Shown here: piece by piece, positions 1 through 10,665 of the stretch
How the letters are laid out: each line of letters opens with the position of its first letter
How positions within the stretch are numbered: position 1 is the first letter of the stretch
Source: Nostoc sp.
GTDB lineage: Bacteria; Cyanobacteriota; Cyanobacteriia; Cyanobacteriales; Nostocaceae
DNA: 64,000 nt
Direction of reading: 5' to 3'
Assembly: GCA_036918135.1 (NCBI GenBank)
Contig: JBALDB010000051.1
Coordinates: forward strand, 64,001-128,000
Translations under genes and position numbers: made by a program
The notes under the pieces: generated by a model
Told to the model about the DNA's origin: nothing
The model's input: only the letters and a program-made list of their open reading frames with translations
The model's database searches: none

Positions 1-2508
1 CAGTTGGCTCGCTCGATAACTGTCAAAATTTTATCTGGCGAGAACAGAGGTTCAGGTATTTTACTTAAAAAGAATAGTCAAATTTATACGGTTATTACCA
101 ATCAACACGTTATAGAATCAGGCAAACCTGTTAAAATTCAAACAGAAGACGGAAAAATCCACTCAGGCAATTTGGTTAAAGGAGTAAACTTTCAAGGCAA
201 GGATCTGGCTTTGTTGGAATTCCGAGCTAACGCAAACTATACTTTAGCTTCCCTGGGAAATTTATCAACGATCGCAGTTAACGAACCAATATACGCAGCA
301 GGGTTTCCCTTTGAGGCAAATCCATCTGTATCTGGGGGGTTTGTCTTCCAAACAGGGCAAGTTTTGTTAGTGCCAGAGCGAGCTTTTAAAGAAGGATATC
401 AAATAGGCTACAGCAACGAAATCGAAAAGGGAATGAGCGGCGGCCCGATACTGAATCGTCGCGGGCAAGTAATTGGGATCAATGGTATCCATGCCTATCC
501 GCTTTGGGGTAACCCTTATATTTATGAAGATGGTTCCCAACCGACTGAAGCTCTACGAGATTTAATGAGCCGTTATAGTTGGGGAATTCCCATCCAAACA
601 TTTGCTCGCTTAGCTCCTGGGTACACATCTAAAGAATCCTTACCCGCAGCCAACGCACCCTCAACCCCAAGTCTTCCGCCGATTGCCAATGAAGTCAATA
701 ACATTGCCCAAGAAATTACGGTGCGAATAGATGTGCCAACTTTACGGGAGTGTAGCGGATCGGGAGTGATTATAGCCAAACAGGGAAATACTTACAGCGT
801 CCTCACAGCAGAACACGTTATTCGGAGTTCTGAAAAATGCGATCGCAACGTTTTAGAGGTAATCACCCCTGATGGCAAACAATATCAAGTCACAGTAAAT
901 AATCAGAATCTTAAAACCTTGCCAGAGACTGACTTAGCCATATTGCAGTTTACTAGCGATCGAAATTATCGCGTGGCAACTCTCGCTAATTACGACATAG
1001 TTAAAGACAATGGGTTCATTTTTGTTTCCGGGTGGCTGGGGCTAAAACCCGGAACTGGACAAACACAGCGTCAGTTTACAGCTGGGAATGTAGCATCAAA
1101 ACAAATTGGTTCTTTTTTAGCTAAAAACTCTTTGTCTTTGAGCTACGGATATGGGCTAATATACACCAATCTCACAGACCAAGGTATGAGCGGCGGCCCA
1201 GTATTAGATACTCGGGGACGCGTCATTGGGATTCATGGAAAAGCAGAAGTTGAAGAAATTACAGATAAAGCTGGTCAAAGACGTTTGATAACATTGGGTT
1301 TGAGTTGGGGCGTCCCCATCAGTAGCTTTGTCCGTTGGGCACAGTCAGTAGGTATGGCTCCGATTTTGAGAGTAGAGAATAATCCACCACCGCAACTGAC
1401 AACCCAAGAGACAAAATCAATTCTGGAAGCTTTATTTAAAGTAGAGAAACCCAAAGAGAATGCTGATGCCATTGATTTGCTAAATTATGGCTGGCAATTA
1501 GCGCGAAGTACGCCAGAAAAGCCAGTTGGTGAAAACAATGGCAACGAGGCAATCAACGCTATTGACCGAGCAATTCAACTTGAGCCTAACTTTTATCAAG
1601 CTTGGTATCTACGCGGTTTCGTGCTGTTGGCTCGTGAAGAATCTCAAGCAGCCCTGAAATACTTCGATAAAGCCACACAAATTGAGCCAAACTTTGCTCC
1701 TGCTTGGCGCTTGCGTGGTCTAGTACTGCTTAGCTTGAACCAATACCCACAAGCGTTAGAATCCTTTGACCGAGTAGCAAAACTAGACCCCGATGATGCT
1801 AGCACTCAGATATTGCGTAGTCTAATACTATTTAGTGCAAAACGTTTTCCAGAAGCACTAAAGGTATCAAACCAAGCTATAAAAAACAATCCTGGTTCAT
1901 GGGCGTATTTTGCTCGGGGTGCAGCACGTTATGGTACGGGAGACTTACAAGGAGCGATGGCTGATTTAAATGAAGCAATTCGTTTAAATCCAGAATATAT
2001 CGAAAGTGCAGCCTACTCTGTTCGGGGTGCGCTTCGCACTCAACAGGGAGACTTAAAAGGAGCGCTAGCTGACTACAGTGAAGCTGTACGTCTTGACCCT
2101 AAAGATGCTGAAGCCATAGCAAATCGTGGTGCTATTCGCTTGCTACAGCATGACTACAAAGGATCGATACTAGATTTGAACGAAGCAATTCGTCTCAAAC
2201 CCGAATATGTTGACGCGATCAAACTTCGTGCAAAAGCTCGCCTTGAGCTGAAAGACTACAAAGGGGCGATAACCGATTTTAATCAAGCAATTCGTCTCCA
2301 GCCGCAAGATACCGACGTTCTCAAAGCTCGCGGACTTATTCTGGTAGTACAGCGAGACTACAAAGCGGCAATAGCCGATTTCAATGAAGTGATTCGTCTC
2401 AAACCTGAAGATGCAGAGGCAATAAAATATCGCGATGGTGCTACTCGCCTGCTACAGTCCAAACCAGCAGAACTCCCAACACCCAATGCCCAAGGAAATA
2501 ATAAATGA
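1..2508 (+). CDS. Serine protease with two trypsin-like domains and C-terminal TPR repeats (5' partial)
   Basis: Two catalytic sets (TNQHV/DLA/GMSGGP and TAEHV/DLA/GMSGGP), then many TPR units (A..D.NEAIRLNP); frame open to the window edge. Confidence 0.9.
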   Translation, partial: QLARSITVKILSGENRGSGILLKKNSQIYTVITNQHVIESGKPVKIQTEDGKIHSGNLVKGVNFQGKDLALLEFRANANYTLASLGNLSTIAVNEPIYAAGFPFEANPSVSGGFVFQTGQVLLVPERAFKEGYQIGYSNEIEKGMSGGPILNRRGQVIGINGIHAYPLWGNPYIYEDGSQPTEALRDLMSRYSWGIPIQTFARLAPGYTSKESLPAANAPSTPSLPPIANEVNNIAQEITVRIDVPTLRECSGSGVIIAKQGNTYSVLTAEHVIRSSEKCDRNVLEVITPDGKQYQVTVNNQNLKTLPETDLAILQFTSDRNYRVATLANYDIVKDNGFIFVSGWLGLKPGTGQTQRQFTAGNVASKQIGSFLAKNSLSLSYGYGLIYTNLTDQGMSGGPVLDTRGRVIGIHGKAEVEEITDKAGQRRLITLGLSWGVPISSFVRWAQSVGMAPILRVENNPPPQLTTQETKSILEALFKVEKPKENADAIDLLNYGWQLARSTPEKPVGENNGNEAINAIDRAIQLEPNFYQAWYLRGFVLLAREESQAALKYFDKATQIEPNFAPAWRLRGLVLLSLNQYPQALESFDRVAKLDPDDASTQILRSLILFSAKRFPEALKVSNQAIKNNPGSWAYFARGAARYGTGDLQGAMADLNEAIRLNPEYIESAAYSVRGALRTQQGDLKGALADYSEAVRLDPKDAEAIANRGAIRLLQHDYKGSILDLNEAIRLKPEYVDAIKLRAKARLELKDYKGAITDFNQAIRLQPQDTDVLKARGLILVVQRDYKAAIADFNEVIRLKPEDAEAIKYRDGATRLLQSKPAELPTPNAQGNNK

Positions 2509-2750
2509 GTTTTTAGAACAAATGTACTAATAAATATGCTATAATTTGGATGCATTGATGGTGAAATCATAGTTAAAAATATGTTCTCTAGGCTTGCTTC
2601 TCTTAGTGCCAAAATTTACAAAATAAATTTAGGGCAATTGGTATGGCAACATTGACAAACAAAGCAGGTGCAAGAGATTAAAATAATTGAATCCCAAACT
2701 CGACTCGGTGCTATTAATCAACTTTGAAAGGCATTGAAGTCTATATTTCC

Positions 2751-4949
2751 ATGTCTTACGAACCCCTGCACCACAAGTATCGCCCCAAGAGTTTTGCTCA
2801 ACTAGTAGGGCAAGAGGCGATCGCCACTACCCTCACAAACGCGATCGCTACATCCAAAATTGCCCCCGCCTATTTATTCACTGGGCCTAGAGGTACGGGC
2901 AAAACTTCAAGTGCCCGAATTCTAGCTAAATCTCTTAATTGTCTTAAAAGTGACAAGCCCACCCCTAACCCCTGCGGTGTCTGTGATGTTTGCCAGGGAA
3001 TCACCAAAGGCTACTCCTTAGATGTAATTGAAATCGACGCTGCCAGCAACACTGGTGTAGATAATATCCGCGAGTTGATTGAAAAAGCTCAGTTTGCTCC
3101 TGTACAGTGTCGCTATAAGGTGTATGTGATTGATGAATGCCACATGCTCAGCAATCAGGCATTCAACGCCTTATTAAAAACACTAGAAGAACCACCGAAG
3201 CATGTAGTTTTTGTGTTGGCGACAACAGACCCACAACGAGTGTTACCAACAATTATTTCACGCTGTCAGCGGTTTGATTTTAGACGTATTCAGTTAGAGG
3301 CGATGGTTAAACATTTAAGTGAGATCGCTTCAAAAGAAAACATTCATATTTCACTCGATGCTGTAACTTTGGTAGCCCAGCTTGCTCAAGGGGGGTTGCG
3401 GGATGCCGAAAGTTTGCTCGACCAATTGGCTTTATTAGTGGGTGAAGTGACGCCAGATAAAGTTTGGGATTTGGTAGGGACAGTAAGCGAACAAGATTTA
3501 CTGGGGCTTTTAAATGCGATCGCTCAAGATAAACCAGAAGCAGTTCTCGACTGTATCCACTACATTTTAGAGCGCGGTCGAGAACCGCTAACTATTCTGC
3601 AAAATCTCGCCGCTTTTTACCGCGATTTACTGATTGCCAAAACAGCACCCAACCGCCACGATTTGGTTGCTTGTACTCAGCAAACTTGGACAGCACTGGT
3701 GGAGTTTGCCCAACACTTGCAGATGAGCATGATTTTGGCGGGACAGCAACACTTACGAACAGCTGAAGTGCAAATTAAAAACAGCACTCAGCCGCGTTTA
3801 TGGTTAGAGGTAACATTATTGGGATTGTTACCCAGTGCAACAAATATTCAGCCACAAGCCCCAAGCGTACCGCCGCGAGTTAATACACCTGCTGTATCTG
3901 CATATTCTTCAGCAGTTGCCGAAAATCATTCAGTCTCTACTGTACCTTCAGCTAATCCGCAAACAAATCACAATTGGGCAAACCATAGTTTAGCAACTGC
4001 CCAAAATCACTCCGCCAAATCATCTCCCCCAGATGAGAGGCAAACAAACCACAATTGGGCATCGCCAAACCATCATCTAGCAACAGCCCAAAATCAACTT
4101 GTCACATCATCTCCCCCAGATGAGAGGCAAACAAACCACAATTGGGCATCGTCGAAGCATCATCTAGCAGCTGCCGAAAATCACGCTATCACATCATCTC
4201 TTTCAGATAATAAGCAAACAAATCATAATTCTGCTGCTAGTTCGGTTTCATCACCAACCCCAGAACCGATACCATCTAGGAAAAGTGAACCAGTGACCTC
4301 AGAAGTTGCCAAAACACCAGAACATGACTTAACTCAAGTTTGGCAACAAGTACTTACTAACTTCCAACCAATCTCAAGGCGAGAATTGCTACGTCAAATG
4401 TGCCAACTCACCGAGTTCGATGGTGCAGTGGCTTATATTGCCATTAAACAAGCATGGTATGAAAAAGTTAAATCAGATCTACCTATAATTGTGGCGGCTT
4501 TCCAGCAGACTTTCCAACATGAAGTCAAGGTAAATCTAGAAAAAGGAACTTCATTAAACTCTACCCCAGGTAAAAAAGCTCCTGCTCCTGCACGGCAAGA
4601 TTCTACTCGCCTTCAGCAAATAACTACTCCCACTGACAACAGGCAAATTTCGCCTCCAGCGCCAGAATCGCAGCCAGTCACTCGATCGCCAGCACCAACC
4701 CCAGCAATAAAAACCGAATCATCGGTAAGGAATGGCAATGGAGTAAATGGAAATGGGGTACAAATACCTGCACCCCCAATCCAAACACCCCCGACTAATT
4801 GGGAACCGGATGAAGTGGCGATCGCAGCTCAACGCTTCGCAGAATTTTTCAACGGACAAGTTATCCGCTTTACAGATGATTCAACAGACTTTTCTGATTC
4901 CATGACTACAGGTGAATGGGTAGAAGAATCAGAAGTGGATGATGAATAA
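2751..4949 (+). CDS. dnaX: DNA polymerase III subunit gamma/tau
   Basis: KYRPKSF, Walker A GPRGTGKTS, Zn cysteines, IDAAS, IDECHML, SRC motif; ATG at 2751. Confidence 0.97.
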   Translation: MSYEPLHHKYRPKSFAQLVGQEAIATTLTNAIATSKIAPAYLFTGPRGTGKTSSARILAKSLNCLKSDKPTPNPCGVCDVCQGITKGYSLDVIEIDAASNTGVDNIRELIEKAQFAPVQCRYKVYVIDECHMLSNQAFNALLKTLEEPPKHVVFVLATTDPQRVLPTIISRCQRFDFRRIQLEAMVKHLSEIASKENIHISLDAVTLVAQLAQGGLRDAESLLDQLALLVGEVTPDKVWDLVGTVSEQDLLGLLNAIAQDKPEAVLDCIHYILERGREPLTILQNLAAFYRDLLIAKTAPNRHDLVACTQQTWTALVEFAQHLQMSMILAGQQHLRTAEVQIKNSTQPRLWLEVTLLGLLPSATNIQPQAPSVPPRVNTPAVSAYSSAVAENHSVSTVPSANPQTNHNWANHSLATAQNHSAKSSPPDERQTNHNWASPNHHLATAQNQLVTSSPPDERQTNHNWASSKHHLAAAENHAITSSLSDNKQTNHNSAASSVSSPTPEPIPSRKSEPVTSEVAKTPEHDLTQVWQQVLTNFQPISRRELLRQMCQLTEFDGAVAYIAIKQAWYEKVKSDLPIIVAAFQQTFQHEVKVNLEKGTSLNSTPGKKAPAPARQDSTRLQQITTPTDNRQISPPAPESQPVTRSPAPTPAIKTESSVRNGNGVNGNGVQIPAPPIQTPPTNWEPDEVAIAAQRFAEFFNGQVIRFTDDSTDFSDSMTTGEWVEESEVDDE

Positions 4950-4950
4950 A

Positions 4951-5022
4951 TTGGGTATTGGGGACTGGGTATTGGACATTAAGAAAACTTTTCTCTAGTC
5001 CCCAGTACCTAGTCCCCAGTCG
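4951..5022. repeat. Heptamer STRR-type tracts in inverted arrangement between convergent genes
   Basis: TGGGTAT/TGGGGAC units followed by AGTCCCC/AGTACCT units. Confidence 0.7.
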
Positions 5023-5029
5023 CCTGTCC

Positions 5030-6436
5030 CTAATCCTCATTCCCCGTATGCAAGGTTTTCACCCATTTCAGGCGCTTTGGTCTGACTGACATTCGGGCAG
5101 TTGTACTGCTCATGACTACTAACCAATGCAGCATGTACAAATTGCCACGGATAGTTTGTACCAGCAAAATAAAATACGTAGGTAATGAGAATTTCTGGTC
5201 TTGACGTATCCGCCTCAAGCCTGTAAACATCCCCACCATCGACATGGTAACAGACAAGCTTGTAATCGGACTTAATATCGGTGGACGATGACGAGCGATC
5301 GCCATTAATAAATCTGGTACTGTTGCTGTGGGCAAGATATACATAATCAGCACAAACATCAACAAATCCCAGCTTTTGCGCCCTCCCATCCTGTTTTTGA
5401 GAATTAAATCCCAATAATCCAAGTAGCGTTGATATCCGCCTTCTGCCCAACGATTGCGTTGATGCCAGAGCGCAACAGCATTTGTTACTCCTTCTTCTTG
5501 CACTGCTGGATGGAAAACACACTCGATATCCCATTTTTCCAAATGTAAGCGGATTGTCAAATCCAAGTCATCGGTAATGGTTTCCTCATTCCACCCACCA
5601 CAGCTTAAGAGGGCTGAACGCCTGACAAATTGACCATTGCCTCGCAGTTCACCAATTCCACCAAGACCTGTCCGCTGTTGCTGAAACCAGGTATCGAGTC
5701 CCATTTCCCCCATTTGACCCTTAGTCCAAAAATTTTGTTTGGCGTTAGCTATCGCTTTTCGCACTTGCACCGCCCCCACCTTTTCTCTTTGGAATAAAGG
5801 TATTACTTGTGATAATAAATCTGGTGTCACTTGAGCATCAGCATCAAATACAGCAATGATTTCGCCCTTTATCAACGGTAGTACCTGATTCAAGGCTCCT
5901 GACTTGCCGCCACTAGCCTCTGCTGAGCGTGTTAGTACTTTAAGTTTATCATATTTATGTTGTAATTCTGTTAATAAATGGGGTGTATTATCGGTGCTGC
6001 GATCGTCAATTATCCATAGTTCGTATTTGCCATCTGGATATTCCAGATTACAAAGATTATTGACTAATTTAGCAATTACCGCTTCTTCATTTTTCGCAGC
6101 TACTAACACAGATACATAGGGATAATCTCCCTGCATTTCTTTTGGATGACAACGGGGTTTAGTAAACACTACCACCAAAGCATGAAGGCCAAGAACGGTG
6201 GTCAATCCTAGTATGAATATAGATGCCCAAGAAACTAAATGCAGAGCGATCGTTCCACTCCAGACAATAGTCAAGACTAGAGCTGCTTTACGTCTACGAC
6301 CTTGAAACCGGGATGGTAGAGACATGTTTTCTGTCTCTAACACAGACTCCTCATCTACTGAGAGGTCAGACAATAAGGAGTTGAGTGGATCAAGCTCTTG
6401 ATAAGAATCTTCTTCGGGCCAGGAATTCGCTGGCAT
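5030..6436 (-). CDS. mgdA: GT2 glycosyltransferase, beta-monoglucosyldiacylglycerol synthase
   Basis: N-terminus MPANSWPE, GGKSGALN, FDAD, TDDLD, QRNRWAEGG motifs and TM segments as in cyanobacterial MgdA. Confidence 0.85.
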   Translation of the reverse strand: MPANSWPEEDSYQELDPLNSLLSDLSVDEESVLETENMSLPSRFQGRRRKAALVLTIVWSGTIALHLVSWASIFILGLTTVLGLHALVVVFTKPRCHPKEMQGDYPYVSVLVAAKNEEAVIAKLVNNLCNLEYPDGKYELWIIDDRSTDNTPHLLTELQHKYDKLKVLTRSAEASGGKSGALNQVLPLIKGEIIAVFDADAQVTPDLLSQVIPLFQREKVGAVQVRKAIANAKQNFWTKGQMGEMGLDTWFQQQRTGLGGIGELRGNGQFVRRSALLSCGGWNEETITDDLDLTIRLHLEKWDIECVFHPAVQEEGVTNAVALWHQRNRWAEGGYQRYLDYWDLILKNRMGGRKSWDLLMFVLIMYILPTATVPDLLMAIARHRPPILSPITSLSVTMSMVGMFTGLRRIRQDQKFSLPTYFILLVQTIRGNLYMLHWLVVMSSTTARMSVRPKRLKWVKTLHTGNED

Positions 6437-7082
6437 AAGTTGGCTTGCTTGATTCAAAAACCACTATTTGTTCACAGTTAGTAATTTTACGGACAAATAT
6501 CCTAAATCGCTACTTTTGCCGATGTTAATCGGAATGGGCAAACTGGAATACCCACTATCCCTAAGCCAAAAGCCGCTGGGACTACTTTGTTTTTACCGCT
6601 ACTGTGCTAATTGCTTGGCATTAACCACATTTGCCACTCTGATACATATACTTGATTCCTTTGAGCGCCACTTGGGCAGGAAGCTTGTAGAGTAAGAGTT
6701 TAACCAATGTAAACTCCAGATTAGGCAAAGCGATCGCAACTGGGCAGCTTTTCCTTAGAAAAACAGCAAAAAGTGTATCCACTACTTTATAGCAGGGATT
6801 TTTAATCTATTGCCCCCAACTTTCGATAAAAGTTAACGCAGCCTTATTGTAACCGAAATTTTAATATTTCTTAGCAGTAACTTCATTTATTGGGTATAAG
6901 TCATTAGTCATTTGTCATTGGCGACTTCTCCCCATCTTGCGGTTGGTAACCAAAGTTGAACCACATCAGCTGATTTCCTACTCCCGACTCCCCGCTATAC
7001 GCTATGTGCTTTAGACGCATTTTTTGGGAATACTACTAAGAGCCTATTGCCAGTTGCCAACTAACTTGAGGAATATTTAATA

Positions 7083-7466
7083 ATGTCGTCTATTGAGCAA
7101 CTCCAACTCCAGCCTGCTACTCAACAACAAGCTAGTGTCTATTTACCTTACGTTCAGGGCGCTAAAAGGAATTTTTTACCCTATGCTATTAGTCTTTATC
7201 AAAAAGGAGTTTTGGAGGGACACCGAAAGATAGAAGCTAGTGAACATGTCCCTTTTGTTGCCTCTTGGAATGTTGCTACTCTACCTTCTGACTTAACGCG
7301 TTGCCGAGTACAGTTTGATGGCAATGCGGAACTGAGTTACGAACTGATGCTAGCCAGTTTTGAGTTTATTAATTATTTAATTGAACTTATAGAAAACTAT
7401 AAACGTTATCGTGCCACCGATTTTTCACAAGCCTTTTATCGCAAGCTGCTACGTATAGATGAATAA
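7083..7466 (+). CDS. ebsA: Type IV pilus biogenesis/secretion protein EbsA
   Basis: VYLPY...LPYAISLYQKG.LEG.RKIE...QFDGNAELSYE...FYRKLLR, recognised from memory as the EbsA family. Confidence 0.85.
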   Translation: MSSIEQLQLQPATQQQASVYLPYVQGAKRNFLPYAISLYQKGVLEGHRKIEASEHVPFVASWNVATLPSDLTRCRVQFDGNAELSYELMLASFEFINYLIELIENYKRYRATDFSQAFYRKLLRIDE

Positions 7467-7505
7467 TGTAAATCACTCAGAGTTTTACTAATTCGACATC
7501 AAAAT

Positions 7506-7535
7506 TTAGAAGGCTTTGAAAACCAGCCTTTCTAA
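7506..7535. terminator. Stem-loop downstream of ebsA
   Basis: TTAGAAGGCT...AGCCTTTCTAA imperfect inverted repeat. Confidence 0.45.
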
Positions 7536-7655
7536 CTAATAAGAGAATCAATAAATTAAAGCATGGATTCTGATTACTGATTCTTTAATTATTAAAGTTA
7601 AAAATTCAGAGAAATTTAAATTCCTGCTTTTTCTCTAACTTAGTGATTTCAGTTA

Positions 7656-7783
7656 TATAAAACTCATATTTTATTTTTGAAAAAAACTCAGTACACTTTT
7701 TATTCTTCTTCACCGTTCCCCGTTGCCTGTTTCCTGTTGCCTTCCTATGCAAATAATTTCAGGAATCAAAGCGGATTACTATA
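7656..7783 (+). mobile_element. MITE-like dispersed repeat, family A
   Basis: Ends TATA..ACTC.TATTT.ATTTTTGAA and TTCAGGAATCAAA.CGGATTACTATA; related copies at 17210, 43414 (reverse) and 63079. Confidence 0.7.
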
Positions 7784-7847
7784 TAGCATTACTATCCGCT
7801 ATATATAAATTTATGTTGTGAAGGACTTAGAATTAATTACTTGCAAA

Positions 7848-10211
7848 CTACTTTGATAAATTTAAAGGTATATATTCAATTTCTGCTGTATTAGGATTCA
7901 ATACGACTTTTACTAAATAAATATTTTCCTGTTGACGATCGCCATTTGGTTTAAAAGAAATTACTCCTGTAGCACCACTTACTTTAAAATTAGTCTCGGC
8001 GATCGCTTGTTGCAGATTTTCACGGCTAGGTGATGGTATTTTTTCTAAAGCTGCTAGTAATACACGAGTTGCATCATAAGATAATGCAGTGTGCCAATTA
8101 TCTGCTTTTCCCCAAATTTTCTCTACTTGTTTAGAAAAATTTCGATTAAGAATACTTCTGGAATGCCAAGGTATAGCTACTACTGCACCTGCTTGATTGC
8201 CTACCAATTCTTTAAGAAGCTTATTATTATCTAAACTATCCCCACCTACTATTAAATATTTGCATTTTTTGGCATATTTAATTACTTGAAGTGCGGAATC
8301 AGAGGTTAGTCCGTCAGTAGTTGTAAATAAAATGATTACATTTGCTTGCTGTTCTTTCACTTTATTTATACTAGATTCTACATTTTCATATAAAGGTATT
8401 TGTGCTACTACTTTCCCACCTAATTCAGAAAGTCTACCTTTCATTTGTGCTTGCAGAGATTCACTATAATTACTATTAGGATTAAAAAATATTGCTGCTT
8501 TTAGCTTATTTTCCTTTTTCAGGTATTTAGCTAAAGTTTGGGTAATGACACGATTACTAGGAACAACACGAAAAAAACAATTAGGATAATTTGATTGACA
8601 GGATGTAGATAGAGATTCTGATGTGGCTGTCGCAGAAATTAATAAGAGGTGACGTTCTTGATAAACTTTAATTGCTTCTAAAGTTGTATCGCTTCGGAAA
8701 TGACCAATAACAGCTAAAACATCATGTCTTTTTACTAAAGAATCTGCTATTTTTCGAGCATCTTCAGTTTGATTGTTATCAGTAGCAATCAATACTTTTA
8801 ACCCGATTTTTTTAGTTTTGTAATTTTGATTAAATTCATTTTGTGCCTGTGCTACACCACGTAATATTTCTTTACTAGAGTTGATGTTGTCATTATTATC
8901 GCCGATAGGAGCGACAACAGCGATAGTGTAGGCTTTAATTTTATTAACTTCTAAGCGGCTGTTATTAAGATAAATTAAGGTTTCTGGGTCACGGTCTTTT
9001 TGCCAAGCTTTCTCAAACCAAGTAATTGCATCTTGGTAGTGACCCATTGCGATCGCCTTTACTCCTCGTTCTTTTTCTGCTACTTTCATATTGATATTTG
9101 GTAACAGAATTTGTTCGCCACAACTAATACTGTCGTCTTCGGAAAAATACCTCAACCAAATTTTTGAACATCCATTCATTCCGTTTAAATACCAATAACT
9201 ACCACCTAACCCCAGTCCCAAGAAAATAACTGTACCAGCTAAGCGAAGTGAAATCCGTGGTAAAATAACTGGATAATTCAGGCGTCGTAAAATTACTTGA
9301 GTATTTTCCGGACGATTTTTCCAATATGGCTGCATCATTTCATCGAGCAAATCGAAAAACGGTCGCCACCTCAATTTATCTAACCAATTTCTCCAATGAT
9401 TGGAGTGAAATGAAACTTGGTTGCGCCAAATTAACTTACCTGTTTGCTTGTCTTCTTGCAGATGTAAGGGAGATTTTCCAGTTAGTAAATGTACAAAAGT
9501 TCGTCCTAAAGCAAAAAAATCTGACTGCTTTACCACTGTGCCTTTCATTTGTTCGGGTGATGAGTAACCCAGTGTACCAACGATTGTATTTTCGTTTTGT
9601 TGCTGCACATAAGTTTGTGCTAAATCGCGTACTGCTCCAAAGTCAATTAACACCAGTTGTCCATCTGGTTTTACCATAATGTTTGCTGGTTTAATATCCC
9701 GATGAAAATACCCCTGAGCGTGGACTTGCTCTAAAATATTTAGTATTTGTTTTAAATAAGCGATCGCTAGTTCTGGTGTGATAGGTTTATAATTGCGATT
9801 TTTTAACCATTGTTGTAAATTTAGACCATCAATTTTTTCCATTACCAAGCAGTATAATGGCTCTGGAGAATCTGGAAAGTTCAATTCAAAATATCCATCT
9901 GGCTCAACTTTCGGAATTCCTGAATTATTCAAGCGAATTAGCACCTCAGCTTCTCGCCTAAACAAATTGACTATTTTAGATTTTTTGTCGGTGTCGCTAA
10001 CTAAAGATAAATTCAAAACCTTGAGGACTTTTTTGATGTCGTTATCTTCTACTTCAAAAGTCCAAGAAAAGCCTCCACTACCTAATAACTTGATTACTCG
10101 ATATTTGTTTTCTAGTAACAAGTTTGCCCCACAGTTACGACAAAAAATGTTACCATTGGCATTCATTAAATCAGCAGGATTCGGACACTTGGGATTGAGG
10201 CAATAACTCAT
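7848..10211 (-). CDS. Ser/Thr protein kinase fused to a LivJ-like ABC substrate-binding domain
   Basis: 4-Cys prefix (YCLNPKC...CRNCG), GSGGFS, HRDIKPAN, DFG, one TM helix, then AVIGH/FFRVVPS/GATGVISF binding fold. Confidence 0.9.
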   Translation of the reverse strand: MSYCLNPKCPNPADLMNANGNIFCRNCGANLLLENKYRVIKLLGSGGFSWTFEVEDNDIKKVLKVLNLSLVSDTDKKSKIVNLFRREAEVLIRLNNSGIPKVEPDGYFELNFPDSPEPLYCLVMEKIDGLNLQQWLKNRNYKPITPELAIAYLKQILNILEQVHAQGYFHRDIKPANIMVKPDGQLVLIDFGAVRDLAQTYVQQQNENTIVGTLGYSSPEQMKGTVVKQSDFFALGRTFVHLLTGKSPLHLQEDKQTGKLIWRNQVSFHSNHWRNWLDKLRWRPFFDLLDEMMQPYWKNRPENTQVILRRLNYPVILPRISLRLAGTVIFLGLGLGGSYWYLNGMNGCSKIWLRYFSEDDSISCGEQILLPNINMKVAEKERGVKAIAMGHYQDAITWFEKAWQKDRDPETLIYLNNSRLEVNKIKAYTIAVVAPIGDNNDNINSSKEILRGVAQAQNEFNQNYKTKKIGLKVLIATDNNQTEDARKIADSLVKRHDVLAVIGHFRSDTTLEAIKVYQERHLLLISATATSESLSTSCQSNYPNCFFRVVPSNRVITQTLAKYLKKENKLKAAIFFNPNSNYSESLQAQMKGRLSELGGKVVAQIPLYENVESSINKVKEQQANVIILFTTTDGLTSDSALQVIKYAKKCKYLIVGGDSLDNNKLLKELVGNQAGAVVAIPWHSRSILNRNFSKQVEKIWGKADNWHTALSYDATRVLLAALEKIPSPSRENLQQAIAETNFKVSGATGVISFKPNGDRQQENIYLVKVVLNPNTAEIEYIPLNLSK

Positions 10212-10353
10212 AGAGCTAAAACTATTACTTGAAAATGGCAATATTATTAATGTTTATTTGTGCCCACCTGCTTAGTAATGTATAATAAATTTCAAGAATT
10301 CAGGGTGCTTGTCAAGCATTAAAGTACTTGCTAGCGCTGCCAAAGCATGTTGT

Positions 10354-10614
10354 ATGTCTAAATCTGCAATCACCGTTACCATCAAATTGTTCGCCGCTTA
10401 TCAAGAAGCTTTTCAGGTTTCAGAACTAGTACTGGAATTTCCCAATAGTACGCCGGTTAAGGCAGTATGCGATCGCCTCATAGCTGAACACCCCGAACTC
10501 TCTCAATGGCGTGACATCACCCGCTTCGGAATTAATCTGATATTTGTTGAACCAGATACCCTCCTACAAGATGGTGATGAAGTTGTGTTAATTCCTCCAG
10601 TTAGCGGTGGTTAA
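10354..10614 (+). CDS. moaD: Molybdopterin synthase sulfur carrier
   Basis: VTIKLFAAYQE and C-terminal GDEVVLIPPVSGG. Confidence 0.9.
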   Translation: MSKSAITVTIKLFAAYQEAFQVSELVLEFPNSTPVKAVCDRLIAEHPELSQWRDITRFGINLIFVEPDTLLQDGDEVVLIPPVSGG

Positions 10615-10665
10615 GCAAAACAGTTAGGAGTTAACTCCTAATTACTTATTATTCCTCAGTTTTTC

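Noticed and set aside
3125..3150. DnaX intein
   Set aside because: VIDECHML is continuous and there is no intein-sized insert in the ATPase domain
4568..4582. E. coli-type -1 frameshift site in dnaX
   Set aside because: Reads GGT AAA AAA GCT, so A_AAA_AAG is not in the required frame
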